64,000 bases of DNA from Octopus sinensis. Lineage: Eukaryota. The stretch spans positions 44,206,001 through 44,270,000 of the forward strand of contig NC_043001.1 of NCBI RefSeq assembly GCF_006345805.1, written 5' to 3'. Under the pieces are notes generated by a model, which searched no databases, was not told the origin of the DNA, and was given only the letters and a program-made list of their open reading frames with translations. The translations under genes and the position numbers were made by a program. Positions 62,889 through 64,000 of the stretch are shown in pieces (position 1 is the stretch's first letter; each line of letters begins with the position of its first letter).

Positions 62889-64000
62889 TCTCTCTTTCTT
62901 TCTCTCACTCTCTCACAAGACAAACACAGATTCTCTCTCTCTATCTCTGTTTTTCTCTCCCTTTGTCACTCTCTCTCTCTTTCTCTCTCTCTCTACCACT
63001 CTCTCCCTTTCTCTCTCTCTCTCCCCTCTCTCTCTCTCTTTCACACATACACACACACAAACTGCTCTCACGTCTACCCCAATTTCGCCAACACACCATT
63101 GCTACTAAACCACTATTTCTCACACTATCTTCACCTTACCATAAACATCACTGTCATCAAAAGCGCCGCCGCCGCCACCACCACTACAACTACAACCACC
63201 AACAACCCACCACCACCACCACCACCACCACCACCACAACTACCACCACCACCACCACTACAACTACCATCACCATCAACCCACCACCACCACCACCACC
63301 ACTGTCACCACCACCAACTCACCACCGCTACCACCCCATACATTAGCTAAAATTTTGCCGACACCATATTTTTTTTATTAGCACTACTATCAACACCAAG
63401 ACTCAGAAGAACATCTCGATGGATGCAAGAAATAGCAACAAAATCTCCTTCCTACCGTCTTGAAAATGGAAAAACACACCTTGGAAAATACATATAGCCC
63501 AACACAACCCATAAAAGACCGGCGTGAACACCGATGTAATACCTTTAATCATAGGTCTTCTCGATCAGGATTGACCTGGGGTTATACATAGCTATAACAA
63601 ATATCACGCCAGTACACACCGAGGTCAGTCGGTGCAACATGAACATTACAGAGTTCATCTATTTGGCAAACGATTTGTCGGCAAAATTGTATTCAGATTA
63701 TTGTTGTTGTAGTCATTATTGTATTATTATTATTATTGAGTGAGAGGATTTCATGCCATCAAGTGACACTGGGGTAAAATATACGAAGCCCAATATACCC
63801 ATCATGACTACCCGTCTGATAAGGTCACCAGGCACATACATCACAACCATATTGCGCGACTGGTGATTTCATATCAGATAACAGCACATGACCTTGCAGG
63901 TGGGGCCCAGTTAGAATTTCTTCTCAGGTTGAGTAACCATCCCGCTCAAACGGTCCCTGAATAAGGTTGTTTAAGGATGTTGAAAGAACCACCCATGTTT

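Overview
Repeat-rich, AT-rich animal genomic DNA. The tRNA-derived SINE families and the very high microsatellite load point to an octopus or other coleoid cephalopod; this is an inference and the species cannot be fixed from the sequence. Two spliced genes lie tail-to-tail in the first 17.6 kb. One is the last four coding exons of cystathionine beta-synthase (CBS, + strand, 934-4697). The other is a complete six-exon gene on the - strand (17555-7206) that I recognise as a C18orf21/UPF0711 orthologue (RPP21-like zinc-ribbon protein, recently described as the RNase MRP-specific subunit RMP24). The provided ORF track captures only fragments of either gene. The remaining ~46 kb is a transposon graveyard: three tRNA-SINE families, Tx1/L1, CR1, RTE and RLE-type LINE relics, piggyBac, maT/mariner and pogo-like DNA elements, Helitron-like elements, fold-backs and microsatellites. 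The most interesting observations are: (1) a Tx1/L1-clade LINE and a SINE, both delimited by TSDs, share a non-poly(A) 3' stem-loop tail, and the SINE forms head-less tandem multimers with a fixed junction; (2) a hammerhead ribozyme whose helix II is a ~97-nt hairpin, plus hammerhead cores inside long inverted repeats; (3) an internally deleted, bipartite RTE element; (4) a CpG-decay contrast between intronic and intergenic copies of the same repeats. I found no prokaryote-type system (CRISPR, operon, phage). All homology calls are from memory of family motifs, and repeat boundaries are approximate unless a TSD or TIR is quoted.
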